This document shows, piece after piece, positions 50,613 through 63,256 of a DNA stretch of 64,000 nt. How positions within the stretch are numbered: the stretch's first letter is position 1; every line of letters begins with the position of its first letter. Source of the DNA: Octopus sinensis. Taxonomy: Eukaryota. The translations under genes were made by a program, and so were the position numbers. Below the pieces are notes generated by a model. The model was not told the origin of the DNA. It ran no database searches and was given only the letters and a program-made list of their open reading frames with translations. Where the stretch lies: contig NC_043007.1 of the NCBI RefSeq assembly GCF_006345805.1, positions 71,114,001 to 71,178,000 of the forward strand, read 5' to 3'.

Positions 50613-53371
50613 GTGTAGTAATAGCATTTTAGTATAGAGTGATACAGTACTGTAATGTGTGATGTGTTGCAGTGGTGTGATATGTGACATAATGCTGTGG
50701 TATGTGACATAGTGCAATGTTGCAGTGCAGATCAGACTAAAAACTTCATTGTTTTAGATTTTTTGCTTTGCAGTTGAGTGTCTTCCTGAGTCTGTTTCAC
50801 TTTTCCTCTTTTCATCCTTTATAAAATATTAATAACATATTGATTTTATCAACTTTACACTCAGCCAAACAGAGATTGGTATTGGGTTTAGTGTGGGGGG
50901 GGGGGGGGTAAGCGCCATAAAATAGATTGCAACATTAAAGAAACAGATATTGAGCCAAATTTAAGGTACTTTGTTGAATTTTAGTAAAAGATATGATGAA
51001 TGTTAATTTCCAAAAGATAATGGGCAGAGACAGTTTTAGGATGTTTGAAATTTTGAAATTCCATTAACAAGTGGACACTGATATAAATTAGGAAATGGAA
51101 CAATAAACCTTCTTTTACTGAATACAGAGCGACTGGAATTGGTTATTAAGTAGGGCATGTCAGGTTAACTACAACCTAACAATTGATGAATAGCTAAAAG
51201 GATTGGTGTAGAGCAGAATTGAAAGAGTTATGAGAGAGATCCTGTTTCATATTTTAAAATCTATTGAAGATGATGATGATGACAAGGAGAAATGGTTTGT
51301 ATTTCCACCAAATTAATTCTATGAAGTCTGGGTAAATGGATCTAATATCAGGAAGTAATTCTGGTAAAGGTTAGATGAGCAGAAGTACCATATGATTTGG
51401 ATTATTTCATGGATGGTTCTCCAAGTATCACAACATGACAATTGTTTAAATTTCCCATATATGTCCCTTCCCACTCAAGGATGCAACATGCCACCAGGAA
51501 TCGAATTCATGACCTTATGACTGTGAGGTGAATACCCTAACCACTATGTCATCACTGTTAAATAATAGAATTGAGTGAAAGGTCAAGAAGTCTGATCATG
51601 AGATTTTGTGTGTTATATGCTAAGATGATGACTGCTCTAGCATTTATGATGGTGGTACATAATTCATGTGTGAAATCTGGTTTTCTTTTATAACAAATTC
51701 AAATCCTAATATTGAAATTACACTCTAAATATTATTTAAACTGTCTGTTCTGTATTTGGTAGTGGCAAATAAATGCTACTCTTTTAATAGGGTTAAGGTT
51801 TTATATGATGCTGGCCCTTATTTCATTACCTCTATAAGTGAACCATACTTTTCCAAATATGGTCACAAATGTTGCATTATATTTTTTTCTTTACTGATTC
51901 TTGTGTCTTGTAACTTAGTTGATTAAAAATGGTAAATAAAATTTTTTGATGGTTCTTTTTTAACTGTTTAAAAAAAGAATGCAGATATGCAAGTATTAAC
52001 TGGTATGCAGGTATTTTGAAAATACCCAAATGAGTGCCCTGTATATTCCTTTGGCAAGGCATAGCACTCATTCAGTCACCCTGCTAAGGATATGGCAAAG
52101 TCATGGGACTGTAGCATGGCAGATTGTGAAGAGGTAGTAGAAGAGCTCAACTGAGTCAATGGTGCTTCTTACACTGATGCTGAGTGGTGGAATCCTTGGA
52201 GATAAATGGTCAGGATCACCAAGTTCTATCAAGATAGCAATACATCCATAAGGGTAGCATCCATGGTTGTGTAATCAGCTAATGAAAAATTCCTTATGAC
52301 TCAAGTTTCCAATTCAAATTCATAATGGAATTGGGTGGTGACAGAGAGTCATGGGAATTCAGGAAAACAGTGACAAAGAAAAAAAAAGGAAGAGCAAAAC
52401 TCAGAACCTTTTCTATGGCCTCTACAGATTGGTTGGAGGAAAGGAGGAAGATATATTCAAACAAGGACCTGACATGAAGATATGTCACACAGTGAACTCT
52501 GATAAAGGTCCCTATAAGCTAGGTGAGGTTTCAAGCAAGCATGCTGCATACATTAGATGATGTTTTAGAATTCTTCAACTCTTTAGGTTTGGTCCTTAGG
52601 GTATCATTTAAAACTTCACTTTCCATGTTCAACAACAGTTTATTTGCTAGGTTAGACTCAAAGTAAGATTTAAGTTCAGATCAACAAATTAATGAAACAT
52701 TTACCAGGTATCTGCTTTTCTTTCTCCTGTTATTATTTTACAGTTTGTTTGGGTTTATCAGTTAAATGACTGGACCTTAGATGTAGCAGTACCATATTGG
52801 GAGGCAAGATATAAATTGTTGACCCATCTGTGACCCACAGAAAAACATTGTACCATCATGCAAATATCTTTTCTGATAAAAATGGTCTATTAGAAGAGAA
52901 AAATGAGTTTGGTATGACTGGAAAAGAATTCGGTTAATTATATACATAACCAGGATTTCAGAAGACAGTTGTTTAGTTTTGTCTTCAGAATAAAAGAAAT
53001 AGAGATTAGGGATAAAAAAAAAAAATTACCTGATGATGAACAAATGAGCAAAAAGAAACAAACTGTTGAAGTCAGTACAGATTTTGGAAGCTAGAAATTT
53101 AGTATTGATAGAAACTGACTTATTGGAAAGAAATATGGGTTCTGAGAAACACTGATGCATTCAAGGTTCTATTCAGAGCTGTAGCTCATTTTTGAGAAAT
53201 TTTATAAAAGTGATGTGAGAAGTTAAGTTTTAATTAAGGTTTAATTTTGTAAATACATTTCATTGTAACTGTCCTTCATAAATGGATGCCAGTATTATTA
53301 ACAAATATCTTCTGATTTACATTAGATTTTTTTTTTTCCATTTTATAAAAGATTTACCATATATCTTTTTT

Positions 53372-53596
53372 AGTTTCATTACCGTATTTATTTTGAGATG
53401 CTCTGCGTTTCTTTCAATTATTTTAAATATAACAAAGAATTTAGAAAAATAACTTAGTTACCATTAAGCTAGTGTTAGTAACATAAATTATGACTAAGAT
53501 TTGGTGGAAAATTTTAATTCAAAACTTAAGAAAACAAGACATTTGTACTACAGAGCCAGAGGCAGATTCGGCTGTGTTGGTAATGAAAGGGTTAAA
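53372..53596. mobile_element. Second piggyBac-like MITE family
   Basis: Right end ggtaatgaaagggttaa (GGG-TTAA). Left end retains the complementary tttcattacc. Confidence 0.5.
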
Positions 53597-54841
53597 CATT
53601 GTATGTATAACATTTATTCATTTTTACCTAGAGAGTAGTGATGTTCATGCTTTTCTTAAAAAATTATAGTGGCATTAGTGAAAAGTTCAATAGCTGCAAC
53701 TAAGAATTGAACCTATGTACATGTGGATTGAACTTATTTGCAATTTACTTCTTATTTTATGGCACCAGCTACCATCACAAATTCATGTAAATCTTTTACA
53801 ATTAACAGCCAGAAACATACAGAGTTTCCTGGAAAACTTTTTTTCTCACTTTTTATGGTTATTTTTTTTCTCCCCTAGATAGTGAGGTTTATTTATTTAT
53901 TTTTTGTTGCTCTTATTAAGTTTTTTTTCCTGTTAAATCTTGTTTTACAATTCTATTCCAAATATTATTGAATGATTGAATAATCATTTTGAAATTAATT
54001 AGAAAGGATAGAATTTGCGTTATTTTATTAAATGTTATTTCTCTCTATTTTTTTTTTCTCGAAGCTTTATGATAATTTCTACAGGAGTTGCATTGATTTT
54101 TGACAATGTTGATCTTCAAAGAAATAGCTTAGGTTATTTCTGATTTTGTTTGGCTTCCTTGTTAATGAATTCTATTTCAGTTTTTGCATCACATCTTTAC
54201 AATACTCACTGTTATTCAGTTATATTGAACCATTGAGAGATGAATCAGCACCGAATCTGCATTCAAAGTGCCTTCCTCCGAAGGAGGACATTCGTTAATG
54301 TGGTAGTTGGGGGTGGCGGGGGAGGGGGAATGATATTAGTATCAGTGATGGTATTGGTGGTGGCAGTGTTGGTGATGGTGTTAGTGTTATTGGCAGTGGT
54401 ACTACAGCTGCCACTTATAATACTGATGCTAACAACTGATGATAGTGAGAAAAAACTCACCAATAAGCTAAATTGATCTCATATTTTACAATGTATTACT
54501 AGCTTTTTTTCTTACATCAGTGAAGACTGGGTTTTTGGATTCCCTTGTGCTAACAGTCTTGACAATAACATCTGTTAATTCCCTTCTGCTGTCTCTTTTT
54601 TTTTTTGTTTGTTTGTTTGTTTTTCATTTACATTTACTACAGTAGACTTCTACAAGATTATGTAGAAGAAATTGTTGCTGAGAAGTGTCCGACTATGTCC
54701 ACTAATCAATAGCTAGAGGAAAACCATTGTCAAGACCCATTGGAAAAGATCTCAATATCATTACAGTTGGACTAATTAGGGTCAATTCTAAATTTGACAA
54801 CAAAGACTTTCTCAAACATTATTATTATTATTATTATTATT

Positions 54842-54876
<35 letters not shown>

Positions 54877-55363
54877 TATTATTATTATTATTATTATTAT
54901 AAAACTGTTATTAGGAGGTTGTTATCTATGACAACCAGTTCATCAATAAAGCTCATCTTTTTTTTTTATTAATTTCTTATTCAGTATGTCGTCAGTCTGC
55001 TAAATGATTTGCATCTTATAATGACTTCATAGCTTTGACAATTTGATAAATAATTCCACTTCATGATGTGTCTCCTTCAAGAATAATCATTAGGAGGGGA
55101 CACACACAAGCACATGCATACACACACACACACACACACATGTATGTCTCTCTCTCTCTCCAGATATATATATATATGAATGCATATATGTACATGCATA
55201 TATATATATATGTATATATCATCATCAATATACATATATGCTGGTGCCACATAAAAAGCACCCACTACACTCTGTGAAGTGAGTTGCATTAAGAAGGGCA
55301 TCCAGCCATAGAAACCATGTCAGAACAGACAATGGGGCTTGGTGTGGCCCCCAGCCATGATGA

Positions 55364-55414
<51 letters not shown>

Positions 55415-55462
55415 TATATATATATATATGTGATGGTTTGTTGCCAACTTCATGTGGCAGTC

Positions 55463-55862
55463 TCAGGAAAGGGAAGAACGCTACTGCTATTTAGCCCCAG
55501 GAAACACCGTTTCCAAATGGCTATGTGACACAAGCATTTTGTGTCCTTAAGTTTTCAAACAGGGGAAATAAGCACCTCCACCCAACAAAGCCACTATTCA
55601 GAGACTAGTTTCAGAGTCATTGCTCTTCATCACTCTGGAGTAGCTTGGCTTGCTAGCTGTCGATGCTTATTCCCCTTTGAAAACTTATAGAATTTCAAGT
55701 GAAATAAATTCACTGATCAGTAGATCAGTAAATTTATTTCCTGGGGCTAAATAGCAGTAGCATTCTTCCCTTTCCTGGGACTGCATAAGTCTCTTTGAGA
55801 GATTTAGAAATGCAATATTTCTAATTTTGTAGATCAGTGAATTTATTTCACTTGAAATTCTA
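55463..55862. repeat. Interleaved inverted repeats enclosing a hammerhead-like motif
   Basis: gcagtctcaggaaagggaagaacgctactgctatttagccccaggaaa (about 55463-55505) is inverted at about 55737-55790. atagaatttcaagtgaaataaattcactgatc (about 55688-55719) is inverted at about 55831-55862. Confidence 0.8.
55599..55637 (-). ncRNA. Hammerhead candidate H4 with a C3G core change
   Basis: CAGA-GUGAUGA-AGAG-CAAUGA-CUCU-GAAAC-UA-GUC-UCUG. All three helices pair, with a GUC triplet and palindromic ACUAGU. G3 opposite G8 probably inactivates it. Confidence 0.6.
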
Positions 55863-56132
55863 TATTTGGAGCATATTTTGAAAAGAGCATGACTTTTATG
55901 CAAAGGGAATGATCCTACACAAACCAAAGTTTAAGTCCAGCAAATTTCTTGAAATTTGTAAAATTTAATAAAATTTTTATGGGTTCTGTTGTTTTGGGGT
56001 CACCCTGTACATATACATACATACATACCCTGTTGATGTTGTTGAAATTCCAATGAAGGAGCCTTGGATCTAGGTGAGAAACTGGCTCTTTCTCTATTGG
56101 CAAGAAATCTTGAAATAAAACTGAATAATGAC

Positions 56133-56165
<33 letters not shown>

Positions 56166-56747
56166 CGTACATACATATGTACATACATACATACATACAT
56201 GCATGCATGCATATATGTTCAAGTAAATAAGATTCCTGTAAATATCCTTATGCCACAGTAATAAAAGTCTGTTAACTGCAGCTCTACACTTCATCAGAAA
56301 TTTCTTCCAGTCTTGTCCCAAAATTAAGGTCTTGGTGGTAGTGGTGAGGGTGTTATGGGGTGGAGTGGAATTGGGCTTCTCGCACAAATATTTTTATTTA
56401 TTGTTTTACTCTCTGATACAAATCTGTTATTTTTTTTTATTTTCACTTGGGAACTTTGACATATGATGTTGATATATTTGCACTAAGTAAATTAAAAAAG
56501 ACCTTTATCCTTGAACAACAGGAAAATGGGGGAAGAATTTGTTATGCAAATGAGAAACAAACACTACAAATCACAGTAGAATACTAATGAACCAAACGTA
56601 ATATTTCCAGAGAACACTGCTATTTATTCTCCAGTTTGGTAAGCCAAACCATATAGAATCATCTTGCCCTAAAGACATGCTAGTTACTCCTCCTCCTCCA
56701 CCTCATCATCATCATCATCATCATCATCTTCGTCGTCATCTTCGTCG

Positions 56748-56816
<69 letters not shown>

Positions 56817-57719
56817 TATTGTGTCAGACCCATTGCCACTGTTATCATCCCTTCTATTTGTGTTATTGCTGAAATAAGTTGTCGCATATTATTGACGTAA
56901 TATTTTGAACTGTGTTGAAATAATGTAGTTTTCCACCTCTTGTTTGTAAGCTATGAGTGACAGAAGTCATATTAGGGTCTATTGTTCTGATCGTCTGACA
57001 GCTGCCAGTTAAATGCCTTACAAAAAAAAAAAAAATGGTTAAGGAAATAGAGAATTTGTTGGAGTGGAGAAAAAGTTGGTCGATAATGATGGAACCAACC
57101 TTCCCTTAATACTTAATCTACAACATTCAAAAAATACAGTACAAAATGGCCATTGTACACTGCAGCACTGCTTTAAGATTTACCATAATAATATTCTATT
57201 ATTATAATCATATGGTATTTCTATTATCCTCATTGTCACCGTGGTATTAAGCATTTCTTATTCAGCATCTTAAACATTACATTGAATAGTGATATTGTTG
57301 TAAGACTCTTAGATAGAATTAGTGCTGTAAGGAAAATAAAATCATGTGATGAAACAGCAATGGTGAAATATTTCTCTTGGATGAATTGGTGGAATGGTAG
57401 CAAAGCTATGGTAACAAGCCAAACCTGTGATACCTGAAAAATTCCTATTCAGTCACTTCCCTTTACCTGTGATTTTAATCCATATTCAAAAGCATGTAGA
57501 ATGTTGGGCTCTACCAGACTTGTCAATAAAATACTATAAGAAAATGAAATGTTGCAAAGAAACCCTAACATCATAACAGGAATTATATGTTTCCAACTCT
57601 CAGAAATGGTCTAAGAGTTTCTCAGCCTTTTTTTTTTTTTTTTCTGTGGACCCCCTTGATTCTTGTTTCACTCGGATAAACCCTCATAATCATTTGATGT
57701 TTAGATAAAGATTGTTTGT

Positions 57720-58010
57720 TCCTTCTCAAGCCATGCCTGGCTTATAAGGGCCGGTTTCTCGGTTTTCTTGGCTTATAGGTTCCCCACCTGGACGGGATGC
57801 TGGTCTGTCACAGGTGAGCTGCAAGATGCAGGAGGAAAGAGTGAGAGAAAGTTGTGGCAAAAGAGTCAGCAGAAGTTCGCCATTACCTTCTGCTGGAGCT
57901 GCGTGGAGCTTAGGTGTTTCGCTCATAAACACACGGTCTGAGATTCGAACCCATGATCCCTTGACTATGTGTCCACTGCTTTAACGACTAGGCCATGTGC
58001 CTCCACTTGA
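57720..58010 (-). mobile_element. tRNA-headed SINE, family C
   Basis: Minus head gtggaggcacatggcctagtcgttaaagcagtggac...GGGTTCGAATCTC (A and B boxes). Body shared with 38135-38330. Confidence 0.75.
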
Positions 58011-58050
58011 ATAAAGATATTGTACTTTTATTATCAACTCTTTAGTATCT

Positions 58051-58189
58051 GCAGCGTGGAAGGTGTTTGTAAGCCATTTAAGAAACACACAAAAGCCGTT
58101 CGATTCACTTCAACATTTAAGTTTAATTTGTCAAAATATTTTCGTCGCTAAAATCCGCGACCTGTTCACTGACAAAAATCCGTGCTGCA
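58051..58189 (-). mobile_element. 139-bp insert with 12-bp TSD carrying a variant hammerhead
   Basis: Flanked by tctttagtatct (58039-58050) and tctttagtacct (58190-58201), interrupting the MITE left end. Confidence 0.75.
58127..58176 (-). ncRNA. Hammerhead candidate H5 with compensatory G3-C8 core
   Basis: UUUGUCA-GUGAACA-G-GUCGC-GGAUUUUA-GCGAC-GAAA-AUAUU-U-UGACAAA. Helix I has 7 bp, stem II has 5 bp, helix III is palindromic (AAUAUU). Confidence 0.65.
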
Positions 58190-58251
58190 TCTTTAGTACC
58201 TAAACTAGCCATATCTGACCAAAATATTCTACCTGTTTTATGTTCAAACTG

Positions 58252-58436
58252 TCATTAGGCCACACCCTACACTATTTCAATAGGCCTTACCCTACACTGT
58301 TCAAATAGGCCTTACCGACACTGTCATTAGGCCTTACCCTACATTGTTCAAATAGGCCTTACCCTACACTGTCTTTAGGCCTTACCCTACACTGTCATTA
58401 GGTCTTACCCTACACTGTCACACTTAACCTACAATG
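58252..58436 (+). repeat. Minisatellite of 23/25-bp units (taggccttaccctacactgtca / ...gttcaaa)
   Basis: About 8 tandem units with no unique spacers. Confidence 0.9.
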
Positions 58437-59726
58437 TCATTCTAAAATTATGAACAGTCACATCATAAAAATCTTGAAGCTACAGGATAATTCATGTTTT
58501 AATTCAAATCAATGTGAATAAATAAGCATTACATTTGACAATAATCTAAACACTAAAAGGTTAAATATTATTAGGAATTATATAAAAAAAAAGTGGTTAA
58601 ATATTTTTGTGTATTGTAGAAGTATAAGAAATTTATTGCACATAAATTTTAAAGACAAAATCTTATATGGACCTCCGTTGAAAACCACTGGTCTAGATGA
58701 ACAAATAATTTTAGTTTAATCATAGCGGTCAGCAGAGAGAGACTTAGACCTTACATACTGTATTCTCTTCACTGAGGATTCGGCTGGATTGACGGCTTGT
58801 GTTGGTTAACCACATGCCATGGCAAATGAAGAGGTATCTCTCAGAGATGGAAACTAATGAAGCCTCTACTTGATGGGTTGCCTGGGAAGACCCAGGAATA
58901 TACTGACAAATAATGAAAGTAACAATGCTCTGCAATGGCACATGCCCCTGTTTCCTGACCTGACCATAATTGTCATTTAAAATTTTTCTTTTTCTTGTAC
59001 ATCCACAGAGTCTTGTGATCATCCTCAAATATTTGGAGAATTATATTTGCTTAATGTTTTATGATAAACTATTTCCCGCTATTGATTATAATAATCCACT
59101 AAAAATGACTGATGTATGTGATTATATCTCCAACAAAGAATATCAAACACATCAGTTATTTAAATGTAATTCCAGTGTCTGGAATCTGGCTTTATATGAC
59201 ATGTTCCAGTATGAGTGTTTGTATGAAATATGAATGTATGCTGTTATCTATTGTTTTGTGTCTGATATATTTTAATGTGAGATGACTGGTTTATTGAATT
59301 GAGGCTCTCTGAAGCCTGATGCAATGATTGGCTGCCAGATTCTTGTCAGAAATAAAACTGGAATGTCAACAAACCAAAATGCACTTTATGAAACTACTTT
59401 TCATAACCAAAGCAAAAGTATATGTTTCACAATGTGATCTTTGTACATTTATTATTTTTCACGTGGTTTACTATATTTATTAACATAATTTATGTTCATA
59501 AATGTTAGTAAACACATGACTTGGCTAATTTTGAAGTATCCTATTGTTGAATCAATAGAATGCCTCCTAACTAGATAAGAAGTTGCCAGTATTTATTTTT
59601 CAACTGGTGTCATTTTGTGTCATTAATAATTACACTTAACTCACATTTATTTTTCGTTTTTGGATTTGGTTTGCAAGATTCTTCATATGAGTTCGTGTGT
59701 TGAAGCATATTCTGTTGTGTCTGGGG

Positions 59727-59967
59727 AGAGTCATTTTCTTTTTGTGCCTTATAATGTAACACACTCACTGGTAAAATTTCCGCTTATTTCTTATTTTTAT
59801 TTTCCTAAAATTTTCATTGTGTCTTGCAACCTTTTCAATAGTCTTGACTCTATATTGAAAAGTTTGCAAGATGCAACGAAAATTTTTGGAAAATAAAAAT
59901 AAGAAAAAAGGGGAAATTTTACCGGTGACTGTGTTACATTATAAGGCACAAAAAGAAAATGACTCTC
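59727..59967. repeat. ~240-bp fold-back element
   Basis: gagagtcattttctttttgtgccttataatgtaacac...cttttcaata is mirrored by tattgaaaag...gtgttacattataaggcacaaaaagaaaatgactctc. Confidence 0.88.
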
Positions 59968-61077
59968 ATTTATTTGTTCAGGCTGTAAGTAGGTGCCACA
60001 AGCTGGTATTGACTCACACTTGTTAACAGCAACTGAAATGTAAACATAGTAATTTGTTGGCTTGAAGTGGTGAATGCAATTCCTTCTCTGAGAGAGCTCC
60101 CTTGTGATAAACTGCCATCCTATCCCAGAAAAGATTTATCTTTCATCCACTTCACATCGCAAAACCCAAATAAATAAAATAAAATAAGCAAGTACAGGTC
60201 ATGTGGACTGTGGATTTCCATGAAGTATGCTGGCACATATTTTATCTTCTACAATAATGTTTGGCACATCATAATGTTCAACAATCTGCTTTCAGCATTC
60301 ATAATATCCCCTTGATTAACTTGTTGTATGTGAATTTCAACTTCTTAATCCAAAAAAGCAAATTTACTGTTGCTAATGGCAAGGAAGAGTTTTGCAGTTA
60401 AACAGCTCCACAGGAACTAATGGTTAAAGTTTGTGTGACTGGTTGAGTATAAGTTTAATATCACATACTCTTTACATTTCTATCTTTTATCACAGAGCAT
60501 ATAAAAATACTACTAGCAGCACCACTGCTGTCGTTAACAACAATAACAGGTAGCACTTGGCAGGTAAATGAAATACAACCATGTTAATGGAACCAAACTG
60601 CCATTAAAAAGGTTCCATCTCTACCATTTATGTAGACTCTTAACAGCCTATCATTAAAGCGTTGCAATGTATCCAACCTACTCACATGTCCCCAATGATG
60701 GGACACACTTAAATATGTTTAGTCATTTTCTTTTTCTCTTTCTGTTATTGTTCTGACATCTCTGGAAAATAAAATCTCTTTCTCAAAAGTAAGCTTGAAT
60801 TTTTCTCATAAATTACATCAGCAGAGAAATATTCTCATTTCTCTGCTTCGATAATTCTCTTGTATTTAGCTGTAATGTATATATAGGGATATGTATAATA
60901 CATATTACATATATATGGTGTATAATGTATAGATTCTGTATGTGTGATGTATATATACAGAATGTGTAATGAGTGTGTGCGCGTGTGTGTGCATGCATAC
61001 ATGCACGTATGATGTGTATATGTATATATGTACACACACACACATATACACATATATATTATATTTATACATATATA

Positions 61078-61145
<68 letters not shown>

Positions 61146-61174
61146 TATATATGTATAAATATAAATATATGTGT

Positions 61175-61423
61175 ATATGTGTGTGTGTGTACATATATAC
61201 ATATATATATAATATATATATATAAAATCTGAGATGTATATATTCAATACATTTGATGTATATACTCTGTATGTCACTAAGTAGTAACATGGTATGCCAT
61301 GGAATACATACTCACTCATTCTTGAATACTGCTGTGTGCACCCATAAATTCATGTATACATGCAAATGTTCTCATAAATGCACCTACACACACACACACA
61401 ACACACTCTCAATGCATAATATA

Positions 61424-61494
<71 letters not shown>

Positions 61495-62063
61495 ACACAT
61501 GAACATACCAGAAAAATGTAGTAAATGCTTTGAGAGAACTGTGTAACAACTAAGTACAGATGTGTATAATTAACCTCACTTTATACATGATGCAAATTTA
61601 TACAATTAATAGTGTCTGTGTGTGTGTGTGTGCAGGTGTGTGTGTGCAGGTTTGTGTGCAGGTGTGTGCAGCCTCACTAAGCGTATTGGACATAAACAGA
61701 CTTAGGATTATGTAGATAGACAATGTGTGCAAAAGTGTTATTCCTTGCGCATGAGGTTTGGAACATTGTTCCAAATCCTGTGTGCAGGATGTGGATGAGA
61801 TTTAAAGATTAGATGGCTGCACCATGAAGATGAGCCTTCTTGGAAAGAAAAACACAGAGAAAGTTATGATAACTCGCTAAATATACTGGTTAAATATCAT
61901 TAGGGAGATAGATAATCTTAGTGGATTTGAGAGAGGTTTTAATGATTTCAGTTTAGATTTCATTTAGAGAAGCTTCTATCTTTGTTGGTTCCAAAAAGTT
62001 TGCTCTCATTCTGTTAATTGCAAACAGTATAAGTGTGTATTACATATGTGTGTGTGTGTGTAC

Positions 62064-62094
<31 letters not shown>

Positions 62095-62284
62095 AAATCT
62101 GAGATGTATATATTCAATACATTTGATGTATATACTCTGTATGTCACTAAGTAGTAACATGGTATGCCATGGAATACATACTCACTCATTCTTGAATACT
62201 GCTGTGTGCACCCATAAATTCATGTATACATGCAAATGTTCTCATAAATGCACCTACACACACACACAACACACTCTCAAATGC

Positions 62285-62357
<73 letters not shown>

Positions 62358-62915
62358 CACATGAACATACCAGAAAAATGTAGTAAATGCTTTGAGAGAA
62401 CTGTGTAACAACTAAGTACAGATGTGTATAATTAACCTCACTTTATACATGATGCAAATTTATACAATTAATAGTGTCTGTGTGTGTGTGTGCAGGTGTG
62501 TGTGTGCAGGTTTATGTGCAGGTGTGTGCAGCCTCACTAAGCGTATTGGACATAAACAGACTTAGGATTATGTAGATAGACAATGTGTGCAAAAGTGTTA
62601 TTCCTTGCGCATGAGGTTTGGAACATTGTTCCAAATCCTGTGTGCAGGATGTGGATGAGATTTAAAGATTAGATGGCTGCACCATGAAGATGAGCCTTCT
62701 TGGAAAGAAAAACACAGAGAAAGTTATGATAACTCGCTAAATATACTGGTTAAATATCATTAGGGAGATAGATAATCTTAGTGGATTTGAGAGAGGTTTT
62801 AATGATTTCAGTTTAGATTTCATTTAGAGAAGCTTCTATCTTTGTTGGTTCCAAAAAGTTTGCTCTCATTCTGTTAATTGCAAACAGTATAAAGTGTGTA
62901 TTACATATGTGTGTG
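61175..62915. repeat. Near-identical tandem duplication, period about 870 bp
   Basis: Unit 1 (about 61175-62043) is repeated at about 62044-62915. The ORF track shows the same peptide start at 61253 and 62123. Confidence 0.95.
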
Positions 62916-63217
62916 TGTGTGAGTGTGTGTGTGTGTGTGGTGTGTGTGTGTGTGGTGTGTGTGTGTGGTGTGTGTGTGTGTGTGTCTGTCTGTCTGTGAG
63001 TGTGAGTGTGTGTGTGTGTTCTGTAAAGTGGTTGGCATTAGGAAAGGCACCCAGCTGTAGTAACCGTGCCAGAGCAGACAGTGGGGCTTGGCACAGTTTT
63101 CTGACTTGCCAGCTCCTGTCAAACCATCCAACCCATGCTAGCATGGCAAATGGATGTTAAATGATGATGATGATGATGATGATGATGACGATGACTATGT
63201 GTGTGATGAATCCCTGA

Positions 63218-63256
<39 letters not shown>

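Larger units (their letters stand above)
58033..58564 (+). mobile_element. piggyBac-like MITE with nested hammerhead element and minisatellite
   Basis: Body homology to the other copies. Ends cactaaaaggttaa. Confidence 0.65.
57614..58690. mobile_element. Probable hAT-type MITE hosting nested insertions
   Basis: Right end gttgaaaaccactg|gtctag and degenerate left end gagtttctcagcc. Internal pieces resemble 17810-17830, 18300-18440 and 18670-18755. Confidence 0.45.

Noticed and set aside
52294-52560. 69-aa ORF MGIQENSDKEKK...
   Set aside because: No convincing splice sites. Possibly a highly decayed LINE RT fragment, but it could not be supported.
54220-54476. Candidate exon YIEPLRDESAPNLHSKCLPPKEDIR, and the ORF with ICIQSAFLRRR (IQ-like)
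   Set aside because: In-frame stop before any good donor, phase does not match the preceding exon, the IQ consensus is not met, and the sequence runs into low-complexity GGT repeats.
57930-58010. tRNA gene (also the tRNA-like heads of SINE A and B)
   Set aside because: A and B boxes are present but there is no complete cloverleaf, and each continues into a SINE body.
58252-58436. Possible CRISPR array
   Set aside because: Contiguous tandem units with no unique spacers.
60813-61546. Cluster of YI-repeat ORFs
   Set aside because: (TA)n/(CA)n microsatellite translations.
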